A stretch of DNA of 57,790 nt from Hyphomicrobiales bacterium (GCA_016744975.1 JADGDI010000005.1:1-57790); one strand, 5' to 3'. Shown: positions 26,871-35,887, counted from the first letter of the stretch. Translations and numbers: made by a program. Notes: a model not told the origin generated them from the sequence alone.

Positions 26871-27278
26871 ATGTCAAATAAGCTTCTAGCTCAATTAGAG
26901 CTAATTGAGCAGGGTAAAATGGTCATTGAATTTGAATTGCAACCGATGGCTAATAATGATGAAATTATTCAGGTGATTGTAAAAGATCAGGAAGAATTTC
27001 CGATTAATATTACTGAAACCGATGGTGAAATGATTTGCATGGTCAAATTATTTGATGCCGAAGAGCTAAAAGATGGTGCTAGCAATGACATGCATGAAGT
27101 GATGTTATCGGCCAATTTGGCTTTGCCACTATCGAGCTTTGGCAAGATTGGCGGTACATATATGTTGTTTGGTGCTTTGTCGGCCAACTCGAAGAGCGAA
27201 AGTATTGGCATAGAGATTGAAACCTTAGCAGGCAACACATTAGAAGCCATTGGCTTAGTTGCAGATTATTTGAAATAG
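26871..27278 (+). CDS. Small acidic cytoplasmic protein, YjfI-like (DUF2170-type). Assigned mainly by size and position upstream of the PspA-family gene.
   Basis: It is 135 aa, the ATG is preceded by AAGGAG, and it lies immediately upstream of the PspA/IM30 gene, as in E. coli yjfI-yjfJ. I cannot verify sequence-level family membership without an HMM search. Confidence 0.45.
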   Translation: MSNKLLAQLELIEQGKMVIEFELQPMANNDEIIQVIVKDQEEFPINITETDGEMICMVKLFDAEELKDGASNDMHEVMLSANLALPLSSFGKIGGTYMLFGALSANSKSESIGIEIETLAGNTLEAIGLVADYLK

Positions 27279-27287
27279 GAGATGAAA

Positions 27288-27980
27288 ATGAGTATCTTTT
27301 CTAAAATTGTAACCGCAATTCGCGGTGGTGCTAGTGAAGTTGGCGAAGGCATTGTGGATGCAAATCTAGTGCGCATTATGGATCAAGAGATTAGAGATTC
27401 TAAAGCGGCGGTGGAAAAAGCCCGTTCTGGACTTGCTGACCTGATGGCTGAAGAAGCTGGCTATCAACGCAAAGCAACTGAACTTCAAGACAAAATTGAA
27501 GAATATGAAGGTTATGCTGTGCAAGCATTGGACAAAGGTGATGAGCCTCTTGCGATTGAAATAGCCGAGAAAATTGCCGATTTAAGTGGTGAGCTTGACT
27601 ATAATACAGGCGCAACCACACAACTTAGCAATAGCATTGCCACCCAAAAGGATTTTTTGCGCAACTCTGAGCGGAAAGTGAAAGATTTTGAACGTGAAGC
27701 TAAAATGGTAAAAACGACAGAAACAGTACAGAAAACGACAGCTGCACTTAGCTCGAACTTTACCGCTACTGGCTCTAAAATGAACAATGCGCGCCAATCG
27801 CTTGAACGGGTTAAAGCGCGCCAGCAACAAAATGCCGACCGTTTAAAAGCTGGTGAAGCACTTGCTGCTGAATCTACAGGTAGTAACCTAGCGGCTAAGC
27901 TTGCAAACTCTGGCATTACTAAAAACTCTGGCCAAGCAAGTGATATTTTAGCAAAACTAAAAGCCAAACAAGAGAAATAG
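27288..27980 (+). CDS. PspA/IM30-family protein (YjfJ-like)
   Basis: It is a long coiled-coil protein whose N-terminus (MSIFSKIVTAIRGGASEVGEGIVDANLVRIMDQEIRD..) aligns by eye with E. coli PspA (MGIFSRFADIV..KLVRLMIQEMED..). Its C-terminus ..ILAKLKAKQ.. matches the PspA ..LAQLKAKM... Confidence 0.8.
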   Translation: MSIFSKIVTAIRGGASEVGEGIVDANLVRIMDQEIRDSKAAVEKARSGLADLMAEEAGYQRKATELQDKIEEYEGYAVQALDKGDEPLAIEIAEKIADLSGELDYNTGATTQLSNSIATQKDFLRNSERKVKDFEREAKMVKTTETVQKTTAALSSNFTATGSKMNNARQSLERVKARQQQNADRLKAGEALAAESTGSNLAAKLANSGITKNSGQASDILAKLKAKQEK

Positions 27981-27988
27981 GCAACAGC

Positions 27989-28618
27989 ATGTTTTCAAAA
28001 TTATTTGGTAAAGATAAGAAGGCCGCTCGGCCTTCTTTAAACCACCCTAAAGATTTGCGGGCTGGGGATTTGTTTGAGCTTGGCTTATGCCCAATTTCGG
28101 AAATTAGTGGCAAGACATTTACCATTTTAGAAGCCAATACGCTTGATTATGGTGATGGGCTTGAGATTGCTTTTGTCATTAGCGCAGATCGCCAAAAATA
28201 TGGCCTGTCGGTTATCTCAGATGATGAAGGCGAGCGCTTGAGTTTTTCTAAGCTTATCGGCCATAGTGAAATTGACCAGCTGTTTGGTTTGGACAGTTTT
28301 GCCAGTTTATTTGATGATGATATGGGTGGTGGTTTAGCCATTCAAACAATTTCAGCTGCGCTTAGTGACTGGGCGATTGAAGGTGATTATTTTAGGACGG
28401 TTGATGCGCTTAAGGGGTATTTTGAAAAAGGCGACCATCGGTTAAATTTAAATAGCAAGCGAGCGGCTGAGTTTGACTATTACCAATTGGTTGGTGCAAA
28501 TTCAGACTATTCTATTGAGGTTGAGGTTTATGATGGTGATGAAACAGAGGTTTATATTTGCCGTAATTTACCCATGCATACGATAGATAAATTATGGCCG
28601 CAAGATGCTAGTGGTTAA
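27989..28618 (+). CDS. YjfK-like (DUF2491-type) protein, function unknown
   Basis: It is 209 aa and lies directly downstream of the PspA-family gene, as in E. coli yjfJ-yjfK. It is acidic with a DxDxD-rich segment. The family assignment is not verified. Confidence 0.4.
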   Translation: MFSKLFGKDKKAARPSLNHPKDLRAGDLFELGLCPISEISGKTFTILEANTLDYGDGLEIAFVISADRQKYGLSVISDDEGERLSFSKLIGHSEIDQLFGLDSFASLFDDDMGGGLAIQTISAALSDWAIEGDYFRTVDALKGYFEKGDHRLNLNSKRAAEFDYYQLVGANSDYSIEVEVYDGDETEVYICRNLPMHTIDKLWPQDASG

Positions 28619-28629
28619 ATGGTGGTTTC

Positions 28630-28947
28630 ATGAAATTATCGGATAAATTATCAAAAAAACTAGAAAAAGTGACGGCTGTTTCGATTGCGATTGATTTAAG
28701 CGAAAAAATGGGGCGTCGGTTGCGTGTGGAGGCGGCGCTTGAAGGCATGTCGCCACAAGATCAGTTGCGAAAAATGGTTGGCTTGTCATTTAAAAAACCG
28801 CAAAGGCCACGTGTTACTTTAAGTTTGCGGGAAGAGGATTACATATTGCTTGCCAAACGTTATAAGATTAACTCTTGTAATAAAAACGATATTAAAAAGC
28901 GTGTTATGGAAGAAATATCAAAGACTTTACATGATCAAGCTTGTTAG
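28630..28947 (+). CDS. Small protein with two ribbon-helix-helix-like repeats (candidate DNA-binding regulator)
   Basis: It has two segments with an RHH-like pattern: ..VSIAIDLSEKMGRRLRVEAALEGMSPQDQLRKMVG.. and ..RVTLSLREEDYILLAKRYKINSCNKNDIKKRVMEEI... It starts 11 nt after the previous stop. Confidence 0.4.
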   Translation: MKLSDKLSKKLEKVTAVSIAIDLSEKMGRRLRVEAALEGMSPQDQLRKMVGLSFKKPQRPRVTLSLREEDYILLAKRYKINSCNKNDIKKRVMEEISKTLHDQAC

Positions 28948-29172
28948 AGCTTTTAGATTGACATATATGTCTACGCATTCATCTGGGTTATATAGCATTG
29001 GATTTTATAATCTAAGGTGAAAGTGTTTTAATCGTTTTGGGTTTTGATAAATAACCGTTTAAAAGAGAATGTGGCGTGATAAGAAAACAGGATACAAGTA
29101 GCTTTGTATTTTGTATTCATAGTTTTTCAACTTATTTGGATTATTTTATTTGATGAGAAAATAGGAATATTC

Positions 29173-30114
29173 ATGCCGACTGATATAAATAAAACTCAAA
29201 CACATAAGCCATTAAATGATGAACACATAACTTTGCTTGAAAGGGTAAAGTCTTGGATATCTTCTGATAGCAATTATTTGTTAACGGATAAGCATATTGG
29301 TGATAAAGCGGGCTCTCATTCAATTCATATAGATTCTACGCATCACCCGCTTAACTATTGGCCGCAAGAGCGTATTGATGTTCTAAATATTTTGTGGGGT
29401 ATTGGTAATCGATTGCCCGGCAATGATGCCTTTAACAGAAAAATATTTGAGACAGCGGCTTTAGACAGTAAATCACGTGTGTTGGATGTTGCCGTTGGTT
29501 TTGGCGCAGGTGCTAGGATGATTGCCAAAGAAAATTTCTCCAAGGTTGATGTTATTGAGAATTATGTAGAAATACTACCGTATTTGATGAAGTTAACTTC
29601 TGAAAATAAGCTGATGCATTTTATTTCTGTATTGAACGGAAATTTATTAGAAGCAAATATTCCTAAGGCAAGATATGATTTGGTTTATGGGCGTGAAGTG
29701 TTCTTTAAAATTAAAAATAAACAAAATGCTATAAAAAAATGTGTTAATGGCCTTAAAAATAATGGCAAATTTATTTTTACAGATTTTGTTTTAACCGATG
29801 ATGCATCTGCATATGGCTCGTTTGAAAATTGGTCTGAGCGAGAAAGACAGTCTGTATACCCTGTTTCGTTACATGATTATAATAATATAATGCATGGACT
29901 TGGGTTAAAAATTGCGCCTGTACAAGATTATTCTCAAATATACATAAAACATGTTAATGCTGGGTGGTTAAGGTTGCGCAGTTATGTGCGCGGCGAAAAA
30001 ATTGATGAGGATTTTGTCAACATCATGGCGCTTGAAGGTGATTTATGGCTTTCTCGAGTGCGCGCACTTCGAAGTGGGAAGTTGAAATTAATTCGGTTCA
30101 GTGTTTCTTTGTAA
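29173..30114 (+). CDS. Class I SAM-dependent methyltransferase, substrate unknown
   Basis: It has motif I (..VLDVAVGFGAGARMIA..) and a post-I/II pattern (..YDLVYGREVFF.., ..LKNNGKFIFTDF..). I prefer the ATG at 29173. The TTG at 29104 would add a hydrophobic 23-aa leader. Confidence 0.7.
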   Translation: MPTDINKTQTHKPLNDEHITLLERVKSWISSDSNYLLTDKHIGDKAGSHSIHIDSTHHPLNYWPQERIDVLNILWGIGNRLPGNDAFNRKIFETAALDSKSRVLDVAVGFGAGARMIAKENFSKVDVIENYVEILPYLMKLTSENKLMHFISVLNGNLLEANIPKARYDLVYGREVFFKIKNKQNAIKKCVNGLKNNGKFIFTDFVLTDDASAYGSFENWSERERQSVYPVSLHDYNNIMHGLGLKIAPVQDYSQIYIKHVNAGWLRLRSYVRGEKIDEDFVNIMALEGDLWLSRVRALRSGKLKLIRFSVSL

Positions 30115-30138
30115 ATTGATATTAGGTGTAAACGGATA

Positions 30139-30720
30139 TTAAGATTTTTTAACAAATTTTGTTAAAATTATGATTTTTTGGCCATTTACACGCCCTTCAA
30201 TTTGCTCGGCATTATTTACAACCAAAGAAATATTACGAACGGCAGTGCCGCGTTTTGCAGTGAAAGTTGTGCCTTTGACATCTAGGCTTTTGGTTAAACT
30301 GACTGTATCGCCAGCTTGTAAGATGGTGCCATTGCTGTCTTTATGAATGACTTTATTTTCATCATTATCGTTTATAGTGAATCCATTTTTCGCCCATGCC
30401 AATATATCATCTTCTAGATAAATCATTTCAAGGGCTTCTGAGGCCCAAGTTTCTTGGGATAAATTGTTTAATAGGCGCCATGCTATAACTTTAACGGGCG
30501 CTACCTCACTCCACATGCTTGTGGTTAAACATTGCCAGTGATTAGCCGACATAGCTGTTGTGTTTGAGATTTGGTCGAGGCAGATTTGACATGCAAAAAT
30601 ATAGTCTTCTAGGCTTTTGCCATCTTTGGGGGCGACTATATGCGGCTCTAGGTGTGATTTAGCGTCACATAATTCACATTTAGAGCCACTTCTATTTTGC
30701 AACTGTTGAATAATATCCAT
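30139..30720 (-). CDS. phnA: PhnA-domain protein (zinc-ribbon N-terminus plus PhnA C-terminal domain)
   Basis: It has a CxxC...CxxC N-terminus (..SKCELCDA.., ..FACQICLDQ..). Its C-terminus (..DSNGTILQAGDTVSLTKSLDVKGTTFTAKRGTAVRNISLV..) resembles E. coli PhnA. Confidence 0.7.
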   Translation of the reverse strand: MDIIQQLQNRSGSKCELCDAKSHLEPHIVAPKDGKSLEDYIFACQICLDQISNTTAMSANHWQCLTTSMWSEVAPVKVIAWRLLNNLSQETWASEALEMIYLEDDILAWAKNGFTINDNDENKVIHKDSNGTILQAGDTVSLTKSLDVKGTTFTAKRGTAVRNISLVVNNAEQIEGRVNGQKIIILTKFVKKS

Positions 30721-30879
30721 TTTATCGCCTCGTATAATTCTTTTATTTACGGCATATCATATAGGAATAATTTTGCCAGCAAAATTGAGGTTAATACTAA
30801 TTTAAATGCTTGATCTTGGTGGTTATTACTCATAAACTTATGTCTTAATTTTAGTAAATGGATAAATGAAGGAAAAACA

Positions 30880-32403
30880 ATGGCGGATAAAATTTTTAAA
30901 CCACATGGCAAGCATCTAATTGCAGGTGAGTGGCTGGTTGGTGATACACAATTTAGCTCAAACCCTGCTGTTGGTAGTGCTGACAACTATTATTCAGGTT
31001 CGGTTGAACTGGTTGATAAAGCAGTGGTTGCCGCCGAAGAGGCGTTTTTGAGTTATGGATATTCTAGCCGTGTTGAGCGGGCTAAGTTTTTAAATTGCAT
31101 TGCTGATGAAATTGAAAAGCGGGCTGAGTTTATTACTGATATTGGTAGTCGTGAAACAGGTTTGCCGACCGTGCGATTAGAAGGCGAGCGCGGCCGCACC
31201 ATGGGGCAATTGCGATTATTTGCGAGCCATATTGAAGCCGGTGATTATTTGGACCGCCGATTTGATGAGGCGTTGCCAGACAGAGCGCCATTGCCACGGC
31301 CAGATTTACGCATGATGCAACGGCCGATTGGCCCAGTTGCGGTATTTGGGGCTTCTAACTTTCCGTTGGCATTTTCGGCATTGGGCGGAGATACGGCATC
31401 TGCATTGGCTGCTGGCTGCCCTGTTGTGGTTAAAGCGCATAATGCCCACCCTGGTACTTGCGAAATTATGTCAGAAGCCATTCACGCAGCGATTAAAATT
31501 TGCGACATTCACCCTGGCGTGTTTAGTTTGGTTCAAGGTGATAATCGAGCAATTGGCCAAGCTTTGGTTCAACATCCGCTAATTAATGCTGTTGGCTTTA
31601 CTGGCTCACTTGGCGGTGGTCGTGCATTGTTTGATTTATGTGCAGCTCGTTCTAATCCAATTCCGTTTTTTGGTGAACTTGGTAGCGTTAACCCGATGTT
31701 TTTATTGCCAAATTCTTTGAATGCTCGCGGTGAGTCTATCGCTGCTGGTTGGGCTGGGTCACTTACCATGGGGGCAGGACAATTTTGTACCAACCCAGGT
31801 GTATCCATTGTGATTGAAGGGGCAGATGCTGAAGCATTTACCAAAGCAGCTGTTGCTGCGCTTGAGCCTGTTGGTGGTCAGTTGATGTTAACTGAAGGCA
31901 TTGCAGATGCTTACCAAGCGGGTAATAAAACCATTGCAGCGGTTAAAGGCATTCAGGAATTATTCACTAGCACTTGTGATTTGCGTGAGGCAAAGCCTTA
32001 TTTATATGCAACAACAGGTGACGCATGGCTTGAAAATGAAGCGCTAAATGAAGAAGTGTTTGGCCCGTTGGGTATCATCATTAGCGTGAAGGATGCGGAG
32101 CAAATGATTGAAATTGCCCGCCAGTTAAATGGGCAATTGACCTGCACTTTACATATGGATGATAGCGATACTCAATTGGCTAAAAAACTGTTGCCAATTT
32201 TGGAACGTAAGGCAGGGCGAGTATTGGCTAATGGTTTCCCAACTGGGGTTGAGGTTTCTGACACGATGGTACATGGTGGGCCTTACCCTGCATCTACCAA
32301 CTTTGGTGCGACCTCTGTTGGTACAATGTCCATTCGCCGCTTTATGCGCCCTGTATGTTATCAAAATATCTCGGCTGATATTTTACCAAGTGACTTGCTG
32401 TAA
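30880..32403 (+). CDS. NAD(P)+ aldehyde dehydrogenase, alpha-ketoglutarate semialdehyde (2,5-dioxovalerate) dehydrogenase-like
   Basis: It is an ALDH superfamily member with ..FGELGSVNP.. and catalytic-Cys context ..GAGQFCTNPG.., which is typical of the KGSADH subgroup. Confidence 0.75.
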   Translation: MADKIFKPHGKHLIAGEWLVGDTQFSSNPAVGSADNYYSGSVELVDKAVVAAEEAFLSYGYSSRVERAKFLNCIADEIEKRAEFITDIGSRETGLPTVRLEGERGRTMGQLRLFASHIEAGDYLDRRFDEALPDRAPLPRPDLRMMQRPIGPVAVFGASNFPLAFSALGGDTASALAAGCPVVVKAHNAHPGTCEIMSEAIHAAIKICDIHPGVFSLVQGDNRAIGQALVQHPLINAVGFTGSLGGGRALFDLCAARSNPIPFFGELGSVNPMFLLPNSLNARGESIAAGWAGSLTMGAGQFCTNPGVSIVIEGADAEAFTKAAVAALEPVGGQLMLTEGIADAYQAGNKTIAAVKGIQELFTSTCDLREAKPYLYATTGDAWLENEALNEEVFGPLGIIISVKDAEQMIEIARQLNGQLTCTLHMDDSDTQLAKKLLPILERKAGRVLANGFPTGVEVSDTMVHGGPYPASTNFGATSVGTMSIRRFMRPVCYQNISADILPSDLL

Positions 32404-32419
32404 TATGAATAAAGGTTGG

Positions 32420-32459
32420 AGCGTGATATTTTTTAGAATATCACGCTTGTTTACTTTTT
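32420..32459 (+). terminator. Rho-independent terminator after the aldehyde dehydrogenase gene
   Basis: An 11-bp stem: AGCGTGATATT, loop TTTTAG, then AATATCACGCT, followed by the T-rich TGTTTACTTTT. Confidence 0.6.
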
Positions 32460-32645
32460 AAATAGGTTTGACTTTTAAAATAGCTTAACGGGCTTTTTTG
32501 ACATTTTAACATTAATAGCAAATATTGATTTTGTTTAAAATTAAGCTCAACTTTGGTTGGGCTTTTTCAATGAGCGGGCTTATATAACTGTCACTGGTTT
32601 GATGGGTGATTTTCTGGTAGGTTAAAAAAAAGATTGAGATGATGT

Positions 32646-33548
32646 ATGTTACAAAATAACCTAACCATTGCTGAGCGTATTCGAGCTCAGTTTGATATGT
32701 TAACCAAGTCAGAACGCAACCTTGCTGATGTGATTATGGAAAATTACCCAGCTTCGGGTTTGGGCAGTATCACTTCTATTGCCAAACTTGCCAATGTTTC
32801 GACGCCAACTGTGATGCGCATGTCAAAGAAAATCGGTTTTAAAGGTTTTCCTGAATTGCAACAAAAATTGCGGCTTGAAATAAAAGATACCATATCCAGC
32901 CCAATTGCCAAACATGACCAATGGGCGGAGGGGACATCTAACAGCCATATATTAAACCGTTTTGCCGATAGTGTGATGGATAATTTACGCCAAAGTTTAG
33001 GCCAGCTTGATGTTGCAGAATTTGACGCAGTGACAGATATTTTGGTTAATAAAAAAAATGCGGTTTATGTGGTTGGTGGGCGGATTACCCGTTCTTTAGC
33101 GGATTATTTTTCTACCCAAATGCAGGTGATGCGCGATAATGTGACACTAATTCCGCCAAATTCCAACAGTTGGGCACATTATCTTATTAACATGCAAGCT
33201 GGTGATATTTTAATTGCATTTGATATTAGACGTTATGAAACGGATATTTTATATTTAGCTGAAATGGCCAAAAAACGTAAAATTAAGTTGATATTATTTA
33301 CCGATCAATGGGGGTCGCCCGTCACTAAATATGCTGACCATATTTTTTATAGCCGTATTGAAGTGCCCTCTGCTTGGGATAGTAATATGGTGAACATGTT
33401 TATTATTGAGGCGTTGCTTGCAAATATGCAAAATAAAAACTGGAATGTGACTAAAAAACGGATGAAGACGATTGAAAAACTATTTGATGAGACTAAATTA
33501 TTTGAAACCCATTTAAATTTAAAACCAAATAATGACTTGCCAGAATAG
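32646..33548 (+). CDS. RpiR/MurR-family transcriptional regulator (HTH_6 plus SIS domain)
   Basis: It has an N-terminal HTH (..ITSIAKLANVSTPTVMRMSKKIGFKGF..) and a C-terminal SIS-like region (..VYVVGGRITRSLADYF..). Confidence 0.85.
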   Translation: MLQNNLTIAERIRAQFDMLTKSERNLADVIMENYPASGLGSITSIAKLANVSTPTVMRMSKKIGFKGFPELQQKLRLEIKDTISSPIAKHDQWAEGTSNSHILNRFADSVMDNLRQSLGQLDVAEFDAVTDILVNKKNAVYVVGGRITRSLADYFSTQMQVMRDNVTLIPPNSNSWAHYLINMQAGDILIAFDIRRYETDILYLAEMAKKRKIKLILFTDQWGSPVTKYADHIFYSRIEVPSAWDSNMVNMFIIEALLANMQNKNWNVTKKRMKTIEKLFDETKLFETHLNLKPNNDLPE

Positions 33549-33598
33549 GCAATCTATTAGGGTTGGGTTTAGGTTTTTATTGATTGCAGAGGGGTGTT

Positions 33599-34630
33599 AT
33601 GGATAAACAACGAATAATTGATGTGGTTGGCTGCCATGCGGCAGGTGAGATTGGCGATGTGATTGTTGGCGGTGTTCTGCCGCCGCCTGGGAAAAGCATT
33701 TGGGAGCAGTCGCGCTTTATTGCAAAAGACCAGAATTTGCGTAACTTTATGTTAAACGAGCCACGCGGTGGGATGTTTAAGCATGTCAACTTGCTTGTGC
33801 CTGGCATTAACCCCAAGGCGCAAATGGGTTATATTATTATGGAGCCAGAAGATACGCCGCCTATGTCTGGCTCTAACACCATATGCGTGGCGACTGTATT
33901 GCTTGAAACGGGCATTATAAAAATGGTTGAGCCAGTAACCTACTTAACCTTGGAGGCACCTGCTGGTTTAATTGAAATAACTGCAAAATGTAGAAATGGT
34001 AAAGTTTTGCAGGTTAGCCTGAACAATGTTGCAAGCTTTGTTGCGCAAAGTAATGCAGTATTGGAGGTTGAAGGTATTGGGACTTTGAGAGTGGATATCG
34101 CTTATGGAGGGGATAGTTTTGTAATTGTGGATGCTGAAGATTTGGGCTTTAACTTGCTGCCTGATGAAGCAAGAGAACTTGCAAAGGTGGGCGTGCTTAT
34201 TACCAACGCTGCCAATGAACAATTGGGCTTTAGCCACCCTGATAATGCCGACTGGAAGCATGTTTCATTTTGCCAAATAGCGGGCGCGATTAGGCGGAAC
34301 CAAGATGGCATTTTAACTGGCAAAAATGCAGTGGCGATTAAGCCGGGTAAAATAGATCGCTCGCCCACTGGTACTGGTGTTTCAGCAAGAATGGCGCTGC
34401 TTCACAGCCAAGGGAAGATGAAAGTTGGCGAACGGTATATCGCTACTTCTATATTGAACTCCAGCTTTGAAGGGCAGATTGTTGATGCGGTTAAAGTTGG
34501 TGCTTTGCAGGGGATTGTACCGAAAATATCAGGCCAAGCGTGGTTAACTGGCGATTATCACTATAAGTTAGACCCAACTGACCCTTGGCCAGAAGGCTAT
34601 CGGCTGAGTGATACTTGGCCGAAACTATAA
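33599..34630 (+). CDS. Proline racemase / hydroxyproline epimerase superfamily protein with a Ser/Thr pair in place of the catalytic Cys/Cys
   Basis: It has the family motifs ..[13 protein letters not shown].. (normally MCGH/N) and ..[15 protein letters not shown].. (normally DRSPCGTG). I prefer the ATG at 33599. Confidence 0.8.
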   Translation: MDKQRIIDVVGCHAAGEIGDVIVGGVLPPPGKSIWEQSRFIAKDQNLRNFMLNEPRGGMFKHVNLLVPGINPKAQMGYIIMEPEDTPPMSGSNTICVATVLLETGIIKMVEPVTYLTLEAPAGLIEITAKCRNGKVLQVSLNNVASFVAQSNAVLEVEGIGTLRVDIAYGGDSFVIVDAEDLGFNLLPDEARELAKVGVLITNAANEQLGFSHPDNADWKHVSFCQIAGAIRRNQDGILTGKNAVAIKPGKIDRSPTGTGVSARMALLHSQGKMKVGERYIATSILNSSFEGQIVDAVKVGALQGIVPKISGQAWLTGDYHYKLDPTDPWPEGYRLSDTWPKL

Positions 34631-34855
34631 TTGCTTTGCATTTTATAGTTTGAGAATTAGCATTCTTAGGCGCGTAGAACGGGGCGTCTCTAAAAAGATG
34701 ATAAAATTGTATAGTGGCTATTGTTAGCTGAAAAATTACTGCTTGAGGATAAAATAAGGCAATGAAGGCTGGTTTTTAAAAAAGAGAATGATAATTCCTA
34801 AGGCTATGGAATTGGTATTCCCGATTGATTTAAACATTGTGTATAAGGGGATATC

Positions 34856-35512
34856 GTGTCGTTTATTGACCAAATTAATAATAGTGGTGGGCAATTAGAC
34901 CCTTTAGAAACAGCAAAATTGCAACAGATTGTTGAGCAAGCAATGTTGGTATTTTGGCAACATGGTTATGACGGTACTAACTTTGACCGTTTGGTGGTAG
35001 CAACGGGGGTTAGCCGTAAATATATTTACCGTAATTGGCAAGATAAGCATGGGCTTTTTATTGAATGTTTGAAGCAATATCGCCGTTATATGACCCATAT
35101 AATGCTGAATGATATTACGGATATTAACGGTTCTGGTTTGCCGGCATTAAGCGAGTATTTTAGTAAGTCTAAGGTAGATTTAGCTTCAAAGCGCAGCAAT
35201 CGCGGTTGTTTGATTATAAAAACTATCGCTCGATTTGGGCAATATGACGCGCCAGTATCGGCAATGTGCCATAGTTATTTGACGCTGGTTAAAGGTGGGA
35301 TTTACAATAGTCTAAGTCTTGCTAAACAAGAAGGGCAGTTAGCCCAAAATACTAATATCAACCATGTTGTTGAGTTTTTATTTGCAATATTTATTAGCAT
35401 TGGCGGTGTTGCGGATAATTTAAACTCTCAAGATCTATTAATGTCGATGATTGACCAAGCTATTGAGTTTATTCATACATTAGATGAAAAAAATAAGCCA
35501 ATGCTTGCTTAA
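34856..35512 (+). CDS. TetR-family transcriptional regulator
   Basis: It has an N-terminal TetR HTH (..GYDGTNFDRLVVATGVSRKYIYRNWQDKHGLF..). The start is GTG. Confidence 0.75.
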   Translation: MSFIDQINNSGGQLDPLETAKLQQIVEQAMLVFWQHGYDGTNFDRLVVATGVSRKYIYRNWQDKHGLFIECLKQYRRYMTHIMLNDITDINGSGLPALSEYFSKSKVDLASKRSNRGCLIIKTIARFGQYDAPVSAMCHSYLTLVKGGIYNSLSLAKQEGQLAQNTNINHVVEFLFAIFISIGGVADNLNSQDLLMSMIDQAIEFIHTLDEKNKPMLA

Positions 35513-35545
35513 GGCGTTGGCTTATCTCGAGTGATTGGCTATTGA

Positions 35546-35887
35546 TTAGCTATAATAATATTTGTCTTTTTCATAGGTGCAGGTTGCAACAATTTTGCCG
35601 TCTTGCTCTTTTGAGCCAACTTTGATTTTCCAGCCTGCAGGCATTCGCCAGCCATTGCTTTGGGCGATGCGTTGTACGCTTTGGCACATCATTAAACCAG
35701 TTCTTGCATTGATATTATGAACAAAGCTGATGGATTGGTTTTTGTCATCAACCTTACATGGTAGAGTCAAAATCATGGTTGCGTTGAGCAGGTTACAGAT
35801 TTTTTCTGCTGTTGGTAGCTCATTGGCTGCTGCTGGGCTAATGGTGACTATACTAGCGGCAAATATCGAGATTAATTTTAGTTTCAT
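35546..35887 (-). CDS. Small secreted protein with four Cys, function unknown
   Basis: It has a signal peptide (MKLKLISIFAASIVTISPAAA/NE). I recognise no family. Confidence 0.45.
   Translation of the reverse strand: MKLKLISIFAASIVTISPAAANELPTAEKICNLLNATMILTLPCKVDDKNQSISFVHNINARTGLMMCQSVQRIAQSNGWRMPAGWKIKVGSKEQDGKIVATCTYEKDKYYYS

Noticed and set aside
28958-28975. The self-complementary GACATATATGTC just after the RHH-like gene, considered as a terminator.
   Set aside because: The stem is too short and AT-rich, the loop is too tight, and there is no U-tract. It is not convincing as a terminator or an operator.
30139-30720. PhnA considered as evidence for a phosphonate-utilisation locus.
   Set aside because: No phn C-P lyase or phosphonatase genes are nearby. 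As I recall, E. coli PhnA-domain proteins are not required for phosphonate use. I treat it as an orphan zinc-ribbon protein.
30747-30986. A 79-aa minus-strand ORF spanning the phnA/aldehyde dehydrogenase intergenic region.
   Set aside because: It overlaps the 5' end of the well-supported aldehyde dehydrogenase gene and its promoter region. The translation has no features, so it is probably spurious.
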